A DNA stretch of 64,000 bases from Eledone cirrhosa (taxonomy: Eukaryota). Position 1 is the stretch's first letter. Each line of letters starts with the position of its first letter. Both the position numbers and the translations under genes were made by a program. The notes beneath the pieces were generated by a model. The model worked only from the letters and a program-made list of their open reading frames with translations, was not told the origin of the DNA and did not search any database. The stretch covers positions 374,790,001 through 374,854,000 of the forward strand of contig OZ024742.1 of NCBI GenBank assembly GCA_964016885.1. The letters run 5' to 3'. Shown here piece by piece: positions 1-12,597 of this stretch.

Positions 1-3000
1 GACAGACAGCTAAGATGACTGTGTTTCACTCATAGGACTGTCATGTTCTGGGGATAGATAGACAGCTAAGATGACTGTGTCTCACTGATAGGACTGTCAT
101 GTTCTGGGGATAGACAGCTAAGATGACTGTCTCACTCATAGGACTGTCATGTACTTGGGATAGACAGCTAAGATGACAGTGTCTCACTCATAGGACTGTC
201 CTGTTCTGGGGATAGACAGACAGCTAAGATGACTGTGTCTCACTCATAGGACTGTCATGTTCTGGAGAGAGACAGCTAAGATGACTGTGTCTCACTCATA
301 GGACTGTGATGTTCCGGGGACAGATAGACAGCTAAGATGACTGTGTCTCACTCATAGGACTGTCATGTTCTGGGGATAGATAGACAGCTAAGATGACTGT
401 CTCGCTCATAGGACTGTCATGTTCTGGGGACAGACAGACAGCTAAGATGACTGTGTCACACTCATAGGACTGTCATGTTCTGGGGATAGATAGACAGCTA
501 AGATGACTGTCACACTCATAGGACTGTCATGTACTGGGGATAGACAGCTAAGATGACTGTGTCTCACTCATAGGACTGTCCTGTTCTGGGGACAGACAGC
601 TAAGATGACTGTGTCTCACTCATAGGAGTCATCTTCTGGGGATAGACAGACAGCTAAGATGACTGTCTCACTCATAGGACTGTCATGTACTTGGGATAAA
701 CAGCTAAGATGGCTGCGTCTCACTCATAGGACTGTCCTGTTCTGGGGACAGACAGCTAAGATGACTGTCTCACTCATAGGACTGTTATGTACTGGGGATA
801 GACAGCTAAGATGGCTGCGTCTCACTCATAGGACTGTCATGTTCTGGGGACAGACAGCTAAGATGACAGTGTCTCACTCATAGGACTGTTCTGTTCTGGG
901 GATAGACAGACAGCTAAGATGACTGCGTCTCACTCATAGAACTGTCATGTACTGGGGATAGACAGTTAGGATGACGGTGTCTCACTCATAGGTCTGTCAT
1001 GTTCTGGAGATAGATAGACAGCTAAGATGACTGCGTCTCACTCATAGAACTGTCATGTACTGGGGATAGACAGTTAGGATGACGGTGTCTCACTCATAGG
1101 TCTGTCATGTTCTGGAGATAGATAGACAGCTAAGATGGCTGTGTCACACTCATAGGACTGTCATGTTCTGGGGACAGACAGACAGCTAAGATGACTGTGT
1201 CTCACTCATAGGACTGTCATGTCCTGGGGATAGACAGACAGCTAAGATGACAGTGTCTCACTCATAGGACTGTCATGTTCTGGGGACAGACAGACAGCTA
1301 AGATGACTGTGTCTCACTCATAGGACTGTCATGTCCTGGGTATAGACAGACAGCTAAGATGACTGTATCTCACTCATAGGACTGTCATGTTCTGGGGACA
1401 GACAGACAGCTAAGATGACTGTGTCTCACTAATAGGACTGTCATGTACTGGGGATAGACAGACAGCTAAGATGACTGTGTCTCACTAATAGGACTGTCAT
1501 GTACTGGGGATAGACAGACAGCTAAGATGACTGTGTCTCACTCATAGGACTGTCATGTACTGGGGATAGACAGACAGCTAAGATGACTGTGTCTCACTCA
1601 TAGGACTGTCATGTACTGGGGATAGACAGACAGCTAAGATGACTGTCTCACTCATAGGACTGTCATGTTCTGGGGACAGACAGACAGCTAAGATGACTGT
1701 GTCTCACTCATAGGACTGTCATGTTCGGGGGAGACACAGCTAAGATAACTGTGTCTCACTCATAGGACTGTCATGTTCTGGGGAAAGACAGACAGCTAAG
1801 ATGACTGTGTCTCACTAATAGGACTGTCATGTACTGGGGATAGACAGACAGCTAAGATGACTGTGTCTCACTCATAGGACTGTCATGTACTGGGGATAGA
1901 CAGACAGCTAAGATGACTGTGTCTCACTAATAGGACTGTCATGTACTGGGGACAGACAGACAGCTAAGATGACAGTGTCTCACTCATAGGACTGTCATGT
2001 TCTGGGGACAGACAGACAGCTAAGATGACTGTGTCTCACTGATAGGACTGTCATGTTCGGGGGAGACACAGCTAAGATGACTGTGTCTCACTCATAGGAC
2101 TGTCATGTTCTGGGGACAGACAGACAGCTAAGATGACTGTGTCACACTCATAGGACTGTCATGTTCTGGGGATAGATAGACAGCTAAGATGACTGTCTCA
2201 CTCATAGGACTGTCATGTTCTGGGGACAGACAGACAGCTAAGATGACTGTCACACTCATAGGACTGTCCTGTTCTGGGGACAGACAGCTAAGATGACTGT
2301 GTCTCACTCATAGGAGTCATCTTCTGGGGATAGACAGACAGCTAAGATGACTGTCTCACTCATAGGACTGTCATGTACTGGGGATAGACAGCTAAGATGG
2401 CTGCGTCTCACTCATAGGACTGTCCTGTTCTGGGGACAGACAGCTAAGATGACTGTGTCTCACTCATAGGACTGTCATGTTCTGGGGATAGATAGACAGC
2501 TAAGATGACTGTGTCACACTCATAGGACTGTCATGTTCTGGGGACAGACAGACAGCTAAGATGACTGTGTCTCACTCATAGGACTGTCATGTTCTGGGGA
2601 CAGACAGACAGCTAAGATGACTGTGTCTCACTCATAGGACTGTCATATTCGGGGGAGACACAGCTAAGATGACTGTGTCTCACTCATAGGACTGTCATGT
2701 TCTGGGGATAGACAGACAGCTAAGATGACTGTGTCTCACTCATAGGACTGTCATGTTCTGGAGATAGATAGACAGCTAAGATTACTGTCTCACTCATAGG
2801 ACTGTCATGTTCTGGTGAGACACAGCTAAGATGACTGTGTCTCACTCATAGGACTGTCATGTTCTGGGGATAGACAGACAGCTAAGATGACTGTGTCTCA
2901 CTGATAGGACTGTCATGTTCTGGGGATAGACAGACAGCTAAGATGACTGTGTTTCACTCATAGGACTGTCATGTTCTGGGGATAGATAGACAGCTAAGAT

Positions 3001-6000
3001 GACTGTGTCTCACTGATAGGACTGTCATGTTCTGGGGATAGACAGCTAAGATGACTGTCTCACTCATAGGACTGTCATGTACTTGGGATAGACAGCTAAG
3101 ATGACAGTGTCTCACTCATAGGACTGTCCTGTTCTGGGGATAGACAGACAGCTAAGATGACTGTGTCTCACTCATAGGACTGTCATGTTCTGGAGAGAGA
3201 CAGCTAAGATGACTGTGTCTCACTCATAGGACTGTGATGTTCCGGGGACAGATAGACAGCTAAGATGACTGTGTCTCACTCATAGGACTGTCATGTTCTG
3301 GGGATAGACAGCTAAGATGACTGTGTCTCACTAATAGGACTGTCATGTACTGGGGATAGACAGACAGCTAAGATGACTGTGTCTCACTCATAGGACTGTC
3401 ATGTACTGGGGATAGACAGACAGCTAAGATGACTGTGTCTCACTAATAGGACTGTCATGTACTGGGGACAGACAGACAGCTAAGATGACAGTGTCTCACT
3501 CATAGGACTGTCATGTTCTGGGGACAGACAGACAGCTAAGATGACTGTGTCTCACTGATAGGACTGTCATGTTCGGGGGAGACACAGCTAAGATGACTGT
3601 GTCTCACTCATAGGACTGTCCTGTTCTGGGGACAGACAGACAGCTAAGATGACTGTGTCACACTCATAGGACTGTCATGTTCTGGGGATAGATAGACAGC
3701 TAAGATGACTGTCTCACTCATAGGACTGTCATGTTCTGGGGACAGACAGACAGCTAAGATGACTGTCACACTCATAGGACTGTCCTGTTCTGGGGACAGA
3801 CAGCTAAGATGACTGTGTCTCACTCATAGGAGTCATCTTCTGGGGATAGACAGACAGCTAAGATGACTGTCTCACTCATAGGACTGTCATGTACTGGGGA
3901 TAGACAGCTAAGATGGCTGCGTCTCACTCATAGGACTGTCCTGTTCTGGGGACAGACAGCTAAGATGACTGTGTCTCACTCATAGGACTGTCATGTTCTG
4001 GGGATAGATAGACAGCTAAGATGACTGTGTCACACTCATAGGACTGTCATGTTCTGGGGACAGACAGACAGCTAAGATGACTGTGTCTCACTCATAGGAC
4101 TGTCATGTTCTGGGGACAGACAGACAGCTAAGATGACTGTGTCTCACTCATAGGACTGTCATGTTCGGGGGAGACACAGCTAAGATGACTGTGTCTCACT
4201 CATAGGACTGTCATGTTCTGGGGATAGACAGACAGCTAAGATGACTGTGTCTCACTGATAGGACTGTCATGTTCTGGGGATAGACAGACAGCTAAGATGA
4301 CTGTGTTTCACTCATAGGACTGTCATGTTCTGGGGATAGATAGACAGCTAAGATTACTGTCTCACTCATAGGACTGTCATGTTCTGGAGAGACACAGCTA
4401 AGATGACTGTGTCTCACTCATAGGACTGTCATGTTCTGGGGATAGACAGACAGCTAAGATGACTGTGTCTCACTGATAGGACTGTCATGTTCTGGGGATA
4501 GACAGACAGCTAAGATGACTGTGTTTCACTCATAGGACTGTCATGTTCTGGGGATAGATAGACAGCTAAGATGACTGTGTCTCACTGATAGGACTGTCAT
4601 GTTCTGGGGATAGATAGACAGCTAAGATGACTGTCTCACACATAGGACTGTCATGTTCTGGAGAGACACAGCTAAGATGACTGTGTCTCACTCATAGGAC
4701 TGTCATGTTCTGGGGATAGATAGACAGCTAAGATGACTGTGTCTCACTGATAGGACTGTCATGTTCTGGGGATAGACAGACAGCTAAGATGACTGTGTTT
4801 CACTCATAGGACTGTCATGTTCTGGGGATAGATAGACAGCTAAGATGACTGTGTCTCACTGATAGGACTGTCATGTTCTGGGGATAGATAGACAGCTAAG
4901 ATGACTGTCTCACTCATAGGACTGTCATGTTCTGGGGATAGACAGCTAAGATGACTGTCTCACTAATAGGACTGTCATGTACTGGGGATAGACAGCTAAG
5001 ATGACAGTCTCTCACTCATAGGACTGTCCTGTTCTGGGGACAGACAGCTAAGATGACTGTCATGTACTAGAGATAGACAGCTAAGATGACTGTCTCACTC
5101 ATAGGACTGTCATGTACTTGGGATAGACAGCTAAGATGACAGTGTCTCACTCATAGGACTGTTCTGTTCTGGGGACAGACAGCTAAGATGACTGCGTCTC
5201 ACTCATAGAACTGTCATGTACTGGGGAAGGACAGTTAGGATGACGGTGTCTCACTCATAGGTCTGTCATGTTCTGGAGATAGATAGACAGCTAAGACGGC
5301 TGTGTCACACTCATAGGACTGTCATGTTCTGGGGACAGACAGACAGCTAAGATGACTGTGTGTCACTGATAGGACTGTCATGTCCTGGGGATAGACAGAC
5401 AGCTAAGATGACTGTGTCTCATTCATAGGACTGTCATGTTCTGGGGATAGACAGACAGCTAAGATGACTGTGTCTCACTAATAGGACTGTTATGTACTGG
5501 GGATAGACAGACAGCTAAGATGACAGTGTCTCACTCATAGGACTGTCATGTTCTGCGGAAAGACAGACAGCTAAGATGACTGTGTCTCACTCATAGGACT
5601 GTCATGTTCTGGGGAAAGACAGACAGCTAAGATGACTGTGTCTCACTAATAGGACTGTCATGTACTGGGGATAGACAGACAGCTAAGATGACAGTGTCTT
5701 ACTCATAGGACTGTCATGTTCTGGGGAAAGACAGACAGCTAAGATGACTGTGTCTCACTAATAGGACTGTCATGTACTGGGGATAGACAGACAGCTAAGA
5801 TGACAGTGTCTCACTCATAGGACTGTCATGTTCTGGGGATAGACAGACAGCTAAGATGACTGTGTCTCATTCATAGGACTGTCATGTTCTGGGGATAGAC
5901 AGACAGCTAAGATGACTGTGTCTCACTAATAGGACTGTCATGTTCGGGGGAGACACAGCTAAGATGACTGTGTCTCACTCATAGGACTGTCATGTTCTGG

Positions 6001-8114
6001 GGACAGACAGACAGCTAAGATGACTGTGTCTCACTCATAGGACTGTCATGTTCTGGGGATAGATAGACAGCTAAGATGACTGTCACACTCATAGGACTGT
6101 CATGTTCTGGGGATAGATAGACAGCTAAGATGACTGTCACACTCATAGGACTGTCATGTACTGGGGATAGACAGCTAAGATGACTGTCACACTCATAGGA
6201 CTGTCCTGTTCTGGGGACAGACAGCTAAGATGACTGTGTCTCACTCATAGGAGTCATCTTCTGGGGATAGACAGACAGCTAAGATGACTGTCTCACTCAT
6301 AGGACTGTCATGTTCTGGGGATAGATAGACAGCTAAGATGACTGTCACACTCATAGGACTGTCATGTACTGGGGATAGACAGCTAAGATGACTGTCACAC
6401 TCATAGGACTGTCCTGTTCTGGGGACAGACAGCTAAGATGACTGTGTCTCACTCATAGGAGTCATCTTCTGGGGATAGACAGACAGCTAAGATGGCTGCG
6501 TCTCACTCATAGGACTGTCCTGTTCTGGGGACAGACAGCTAAGATGAATGTCTCACTCATAGGACTGTCATGTACTGGGGATAGACAGCTAAGATGGCTG
6601 CGTCTCACTCATAGGAGTCATCTTCTGGGGATAGACAGACAGCTAAGATGAATGTCTCACTCATAGGACTGTCATGTACTTGGGATAGACAGCTAAGATG
6701 ACAGTGTCTCACTCATAGGACTGTCATGTTCTGGGGACAGACAGCTAAGATGACTGCGTCTCACTCATAGAACTGTCATGTTCTGGGGATAGACAGACAG
6801 CTAAGATGACAGTGTCTCACTCATAGGACTGTCATGTTCTGGGGACAGACAGACAGCTAAGATGACTGTGTCTCACTCATAGGACTGTCATGTCCTGGGG
6901 ATAGACAGACAGCTAAGATGACTGTGTCTCACTCATAGGACTGTCATGTTCTGGGGACAGAAAGACAGCTAAGATGACTGTGTCTTACTAATAGGACTGT
7001 CATGTACTGGGGATAGACAGACAGCTAAGATGACTGTGTCTCACTCATAGGACTGTCATGTACTGGGGATAGATAGACAGCTAAGATGACTGTGTCTCAC
7101 TCATAGGACTATCATGTACTGGGGATAGACAGACAGCTAAGATGACTGTGTCTCACTAATAGGACTGTCATGTACTGGGGATAGACAGACAGCTAAGTTG
7201 ACTGTGTCTCACTCATAGGACTGTCATGTACTGGGGATAGACAGACAGCTAAGATGACTGTGTCTCACTCATAGGACTGTCATGTACTGGGGATAGACAG
7301 ACAGCTAAGATGACTGTGTCTCACTCATAGGACTATCATGTACTGGGGATAGACAGACAGCTAAGATGACTGTCTCACTCATAGGACTGTCATGTTCTGG
7401 GGACAGACAGCTAAGATGACTGTGTCTCACTCATAGGACTGTCATGTTCGGGGGAGACACAGCTAAGATGACTGTGTCTCACTCATAGGACTGTCATGTT
7501 CTGGGGAAAGACAGACAGCTAAGATGACTGTGTCTCACTAATAGGACTGTCATGTACTGGGGATAGACAGACAGCTAAGATGACTGTGTCTCACTCATAG
7601 GACTGTCATGTCCTGTGGATAGACAGACAGCTAAGATGACTGTGTCTCACTAATAGGACTGTCATGTACTGGGGACAGACAGACAGCTAAGATGACAGTG
7701 TCTCACTCATAGGACTGTCATGTTCTGGGGACAGACAGACAGACAGCTAAGATGACTGTGTCACACTCATAGGACTGTCATGTTCTGGGGATAGATAGAC
7801 AGCTAAGATGACTGTCTCACTCATAGGACTGTCATGTTCTGGGGACAGACAGACAGCTAAGATGACTGTCACACTCATAGGACTGTCCTGTTCTGGGGAC
7901 AGACAGCTAAGATGACTGTGTCTCACTCATAGGACTGTCATCTTCTGGGGATAGACAGACAGCTAAGATGACTGTCTCACTCATAGGACTGTCATGTACT
8001 GGGGATAGACAGCTAAGATGGCTGCGTCTCACTCATAGGACTGTCCTGTTCCTGGGACAGACAGCTAAGATGACTGTGTCTCACTCATAGGACTGTCATG
8101 TTCTGGGGATAGAT
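1..8114. repeat. Satellite array, ~56-bp monomer (50-60-bp variants), roughly 150 copies, extends beyond window start
   Basis: Consensus GACAGACAGCTAAGATGACTGTGTCTCACTCATAGGACTGTCATGTTCTGGGGATA repeated head-to-tail. Length varies by GACA/GATA and GT indels. Confidence 0.99.
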
Positions 8115-8144
8115 AACTAACATCACTGTCTCACTCAAACATTC

Positions 8145-8432
8145 CATTCTGGCATGGTTTCTATAGCCTGAGGCCTTTCCTAATGATAACCACTTCATAG
8201 TGTGTACCAGGTTCATTTTCTTGTGATACCACCACTAATACCTGGCAGAGTGGACTGGGGGGCATTTTACTGTGACTCCACCACTATCACTTTACAGAGT
8301 GGACTCGGTGTATTTTATCATAGCATTCAGCACTACTTCTTTTCAGAGTGGGTTTGGTGCATTTTATAGTGGCACCAACACTGTCACTTTACAGAGCGGA
8401 CTGGGGTATTTTATGGTGGTACCAGCACTGCC
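8145..8432 (+). mobile_element. Degenerate retroposon (SINE/RTE-tail-like) fragment with an internal ~50-bp segment tandemly repeated 4-5 times
   Basis: Begins TGGCATGGTTTCTATAGCCTGAGGCCTTTCCTAATG, then recurring CACTTTACAGAGTGGACTGGG...ATTTTAT...CACCA units. Resembles a common cephalopod interspersed repeat (from recall). Confidence 0.5.
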
Positions 8433-8804
8433 CCTTAAAAGTATGGAACACTTCATGAATTTTTATTTCTTGTAGGCTTTTGTTTTATAGATTCTTTAAC
8501 TTGAGATGGGAACTTTATTAAAATTTCTGGGTGTTGTGTAAAAATTATGATATATCATACAAAAGCATCTCAATGGGTAAACAGGAAAAGGGCTATCAAA
8601 AAATAGAAAACCAGGAGGATATACATTGTTGCTTACTGAAGAAATGGCAGCCAAATCTCTTTCAAATCACACTTCATCATTTTATAAAAAGAATAGGGAA
8701 ATCCATTGGATGATGTGTTGATCATATGTCTGATCAATCAAAGTTGATATTAGCTAAATAATAACAGCAGGATGACAGCAGAATATATACTCCCTTAACA
8801 TTAA

Positions 8805-9090
8805 ACAAAATGGTAGGGTGTGATTTGAAGGAGATTTGGCTGCTATTTCTTGTATGTAAAACATCTATATAGCGGTTCCCATGTTCTCTTATCAAATAGT
8901 TATTAACTCCAGGTCAGCTATGTGAGCGGGCTTGACATCAAAAGCATTCCAGCCATGACCCTTCCATCCTCTCAAGTATTCCATATCTAGAACTATATTA
9001 TCCAAAATGACCCTCTCTTTTCAATATAGTAAAGTAAAATTTGAACGAGATTTGACTGTTGTTTCCAGCAGGTAAAGTGACCACCTGGGG
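8805..9090 (+). repeat. Interspersed repeat remnants (two related copies)
   Basis: ATTTGAAGGAGATTTGGCTGCTATTTC (~8823) and ATTTGAACGAGATTTGACTGTTGTTTC (~9040) are diverged copies of one motif. Confidence 0.4.
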
Positions 9091-9167
9091 GGGGAGGTCT
9101 TCCTAAATGTGATATTTGTATAAGGGAGGTAACTGTGTAAGATTGTCTTTGCTATCTATTTTATTAG

Positions 9168-9328
9168 GTTATCAGGTATGTGATGATGATATGGTGGCTA
9201 TTGCTAGGTTACGTGGCCACCAATTGAAAACTTTTGACATTCCATCTAGCTGTATTTATAGTCTTCATGAGGACGATGAAGTTACATGGATGAAATTTGG
9301 ATCATATGATGGCGAATTTTATCAAAAG
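9168..9328 (+). CDS. FBXO33: F-box only protein 33-like, penultimate coding exon
   Basis: Acceptor ttttattAG (9166-67), donor AAG|GTAATT (9329). Encodes GYQVCDDDMVAIARLRGHQLKTFDIPSSCIYSLHEDDEVTWMKFGSYDGEFYQK, matching the vertebrate FBXO33 C-terminal motif GYTVWAHNLIAIARLRGSDLKVLEV (recalled). Confidence 0.85.
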
Positions 9329-9396
9329 GTAATTTCTTATATTATATTTTTTATGGTCTTGTGCCTATAATAGAAACAATTATTATTATATTTTCT

Positions 9397-9615
9397 AGGG
9401 CAGTGGATTGACAGTAATCGGTAGAGCGTCGGACACCATGCTTTGCAGCATAGAGTTACGGCCCTTTACCTTATGAGTTCCAATTCTACTGAGGTTAGCT
9501 TTGCCTTTCAACCTTACAGGGTCGATAAAATAAAGTATGAGTAATGCACTGGGGCCGATTTAATGGACTTTCCCTCTCCCAAAATTATTGGCCTTGTGCC
9601 TAAATAAGAAACCAT
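9397..9615 (+). mobile_element. tRNA-derived SINE, family A (full length)
   Basis: A-box-like GGCAGTGGATTGACAGTAATCGGTAGAG, B-box-like GAGTTCCAATTC, central TTGCCTTTCA..CTT..GGGTCGATAAAATAAAGTA, tail GGCCTTGTGCCTAAA. Ten or more homologous copies in the window. Confidence 0.9.
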
Positions 9616-9754
9616 TTTCTAAACTATTGGATTCTATTGAAAGATAAAAACTAGAAATTCTAACAGGTTTCCACAAGGCTCAAATTTCCAAGTTTGAACT
9701 ATTTAAAGATAAATTTCTTTATGGTTAAAAGAGCCCTGGTGTTACCATTATAGA

Positions 9755-9910
9755 GTGGCAAATTGGCAGAATCTTTAGAGTAGAGAACAAAAATAACTTA
9801 TAGCATTTGTTCTGGCTTTTTTGTCTCTCTCACATAAAATTTTGCCAAGATCAAACTGTCTTCATCCTTTTGGGTTTGATAAATTACAATACCAGTCGAA
9901 GGCAGTGGAT
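9755..9910 (+). mobile_element. Degenerate SINE family A copy
   Basis: GTGGCAAATTGGCAGAATC...TCTTCATCCTTTTGGGTTTGATAAATTACAATACCAGT, truncated by the adjacent LINE fragment. Confidence 0.65.
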
Positions 9911-10686
9911 TATAATGATAATGAAATTATTGTGTACAGTGCTCAGGTGCACTACAACTCATCAAAGGTGCATGTATAGTACATAGAATAATGTACAAGT
10001 GTCAGGAAAGTGAACAGTGTATGAGTCATGATATACATGCATTGCGTGTGTATGGAGGGGGAGATGTCAGGTGTAGTGTTGACGAATTTCAGGAAGCATG
10101 GAGGTTTTAAAGGATGCAGTGTTTCGGCAGCTAACAACTGATGCAGGTAGTTTGTTCCATGCTTCAGCAACTCTGAGCATGAAAAAATGTTTCTGAAAGT
10201 CATGGGAGCTGTGCTGTGCCCTTGTGTGTTAAACACATGGACTTCAAAAAGGTTCTCAGGGTTGTTGTTGGCAAGATTGTTAATAATATTGTGGGTGTTT
10301 ACCAAGTCAGTTGCCAGGCGTCGGAGCTTCAATGTATCCATGTCCAGAGAAGCAAGGTGTTCAGAGTATGGTAGATGCCTGATAGAGGGTATTCGCTTGG
10401 TTGCACGTCTCTGTAGAGTTTCCAGGCGGTCAATGTTCTGAGCAAGATAGGGGTTCCAGACTTGTGATGCAAATTCTAAGTGTGACTGCACCATAACTAT
10501 ATACAGCTTTAAATAGATAGCTGGAGAGCGGCTGACAAAGGCCTTGCTGAGTGATGCTAAGACACTCTTGGCCTTCTTGACAATTTTAGAGACGTGCTTC
10601 GTCCAACGCAAATCACTGCTGACAGTAATGCCCAGGTCACGTTCACAAGAAGACTTCTTGATATTAGTTGGTAGAGTGTCAGCCAT
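9911..10686 (-). mobile_element. 5'-truncated CR1-type LINE: C-terminal part of RT ORF2 plus 3'UTR and (ATT)-like tail, degenerate
   Basis: ORF 9952..10686 contains ERDLGITVSSDLRWTKHV, LYIVMVQSHLEFASQVWNPY, LETLQRRATKRIP, LPYSEHL and LRRLATDL, typical of the CR1-clade post-RT region. It then drifts out of frame. Antisense within the last FBXO33 intron. Confidence 0.9.
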
Positions 10687-10926
10687 ATTTATTCCACATC
10701 TTTGTTTTATTCCATAAGGATATCTTCCTCCCTATCTCCCACCAGTTATGGAGGCCCTAAAAAGGATCATGGTCATTGCTCTTCCCTCCCTGACTGAAGC
10801 AGTATAACCCTCCTCTTTAACATCATTTGAATGTGTAAGAATCAGTGAATTATATTCTTTACAAAATATATATGAAATTAAATTAGCAAAAAAAGACAAA
10901 CTGTGTTATTTCTCTGTTATTTTTAG

Positions 10927-11073
10927 GTGTCTGAGAGCCTTGGTCATGATTGGTTACCTCTGAAAAATGGTCAGGTTCCAGCAGCTGTACTGGATGCCCA
11001 AGCTGATGCAGAACCTGCCTATATGCACATCCTGTTAGAAGACCAAGCCTGGAGAGGCAGGAATAAGCGCTAA
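10927..11073 (+). CDS. FBXO33: F-box only protein 33-like, terminal coding exon
   Basis: Pyrimidine tract plus AG at 10925-26, phase 0 and compatible with the upstream exon. Encodes VSESLGHDWLPLKNGQVPAAVLDAQADAEPAYMHILLEDQAWRGRNKR*. VSESLGHDW corresponds to FBXO33 VSLGLGQPW. Stop TAA at 11071-73. Confidence 0.85.
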   Translation: MSESLGHDWLPLKNGQVPAAVLDAQADAEPAYMHILLEDQAWRGRNKR

Positions 11074-11628
11074 CCTGTATTCCTGTGCCCCAATTCCCTA
11101 AATCTGGCCAGTATATTGGTTGCATTAACAACTGCTACCTCTTCATTTCAGTAACAGTTGGCAGGGGTCGACATTGTTATGGAAATATTACAACAACAAA
11201 ATGAACCCAGAAAAGAAAACAAAAGTCCCAATAAAGATACATTTTCAAAATAACTTGACAATAGCAAAAGAGTTGATACCATACTTAGCCAAATCAAAAT
11301 ACAAATCGGTGAATGCCAGTGGGATAGGGTGGAGAAAGAAATCTTTTTTTGTTTTTAAACTTTTTTTTAAAAGCAAAGAAACCCTTTTCTTTTTTTCTTT
11401 CATTTTTTTCCCCTTATTTTTTTCCTTTGTTTAGCACTAGTTGACTATTGTAATTCTTTCCTTGTGGCTCTAAATGTGCTTTAATGTATTAATGTATTCG
11501 TCTGGTGCTAGGCTCTACTTCTTACTGCTTCTATTATTATGTATTGTATTTTATATACAATATTGTTGCTGGACCATTGCAATACAATATCATATATTCA
11601 TTATATATATTATATATATGATGTATAT

Positions 11629-11698
<70 letters not shown>

Positions 11699-12150
11699 GT
11701 ATATCATATATGTATATCATATATATATAACTGAAATTGTTATTGGTCACCTTCTGGTCATTTATAGTCCACTATCTAACATCCCACCCCTCACCCTATA
11801 TTTACTATTCTTTAGCTAAACGCTAAGACCATAAAACTTTTTCTTTTTTTTCTTTCCCTCTCTGTTTTTCCAACTGCCCTTTTAGTTTTTATTTATATTT
11901 TTCTTTAATGGCCACTAAAACTCTTTATTAATTTTTTTTCATTATATGTTTTTTTTTTTTTTGTGGAAAGCTTTCTTTTAAAATATATTTGAAGCCTATT
12001 TTTTGGCTTGATGTTAGAGGAGGTCATAAAATGCTATTAAGAGGCAATCATATGAAGCATAGGCATAGCACACCAACAGCAATGATGGCTTGTTTTTTTT
12101 TTTCTTTTTTTTTTCTTTTTTTATGTTAAATAAAACAAAAAAGAAAGACA
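11074..12150 (+). other. Probable 3'UTR of the FBXO33-like gene (3' end uncertain)
   Basis: Transposon-free A/U-rich sequence after the stop codon, with AATAAA at 11230-35 and 12129-34. Confidence 0.5.
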
Positions 12151-12387
12151 TACGAATATATATAGTATATGTAATGCTTACTTGTTTAAAGTGAAACAGT
12201 GAAAGAAGACAACAAACCTGCTAACAACTATGAGAGTGGTGGAAAACCACCAGACATACAGACTATTATCATTATTATGAAGAAATATTCTGGGAAACAT
12301 TACAAGACAGCGGCACCACCAACGATTGGTAATTTATATGGAAACAACAAAGAAAAGAAAGAAAAATGTAAGAGAAGCAAATACCTG

Positions 12388-12492
12388 CAATGATAACGGT
12401 GATGATGATGATAATGACAGTGATGATAATAATAATGATGATGGTAATGACGGTGATGATAATGATGACGACGACAATGAAGATGATGACAA
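12388..12492. repeat. Imperfect (GAT/GAC/AAT)n trinucleotide microsatellite
   Basis: Seen directly. Confidence 0.9.
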
Positions 12493-12548
12493 TCTATAAA
12501 GTATAACCAACCTAGTCATTGGGTTATGCCTTTCAATACACACATGTT

Positions 12549-12597
<49 letters not shown>

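Noticed and set aside
659-883. 74-aa ORF inside the 56-bp satellite
   Set aside because: It is a chance open frame across repeat variants.
9116-9370. 84-aa ORF as a standalone gene
   Set aside because: Only 9168-9328 is exon. The ends translate intron sequence.
9397-9490. tRNA-like A/B boxes here and at 17994 and 21969 as tRNA genes
   Set aside because: They are SINE heads with no intact cloverleaf, followed by SINE body sequence.
10187-11131. ORFs 10187..10441(+) and 10883..11131(-)
   Set aside because: They are antisense shadows of the LINE ORF and of the FBXO33 exon.
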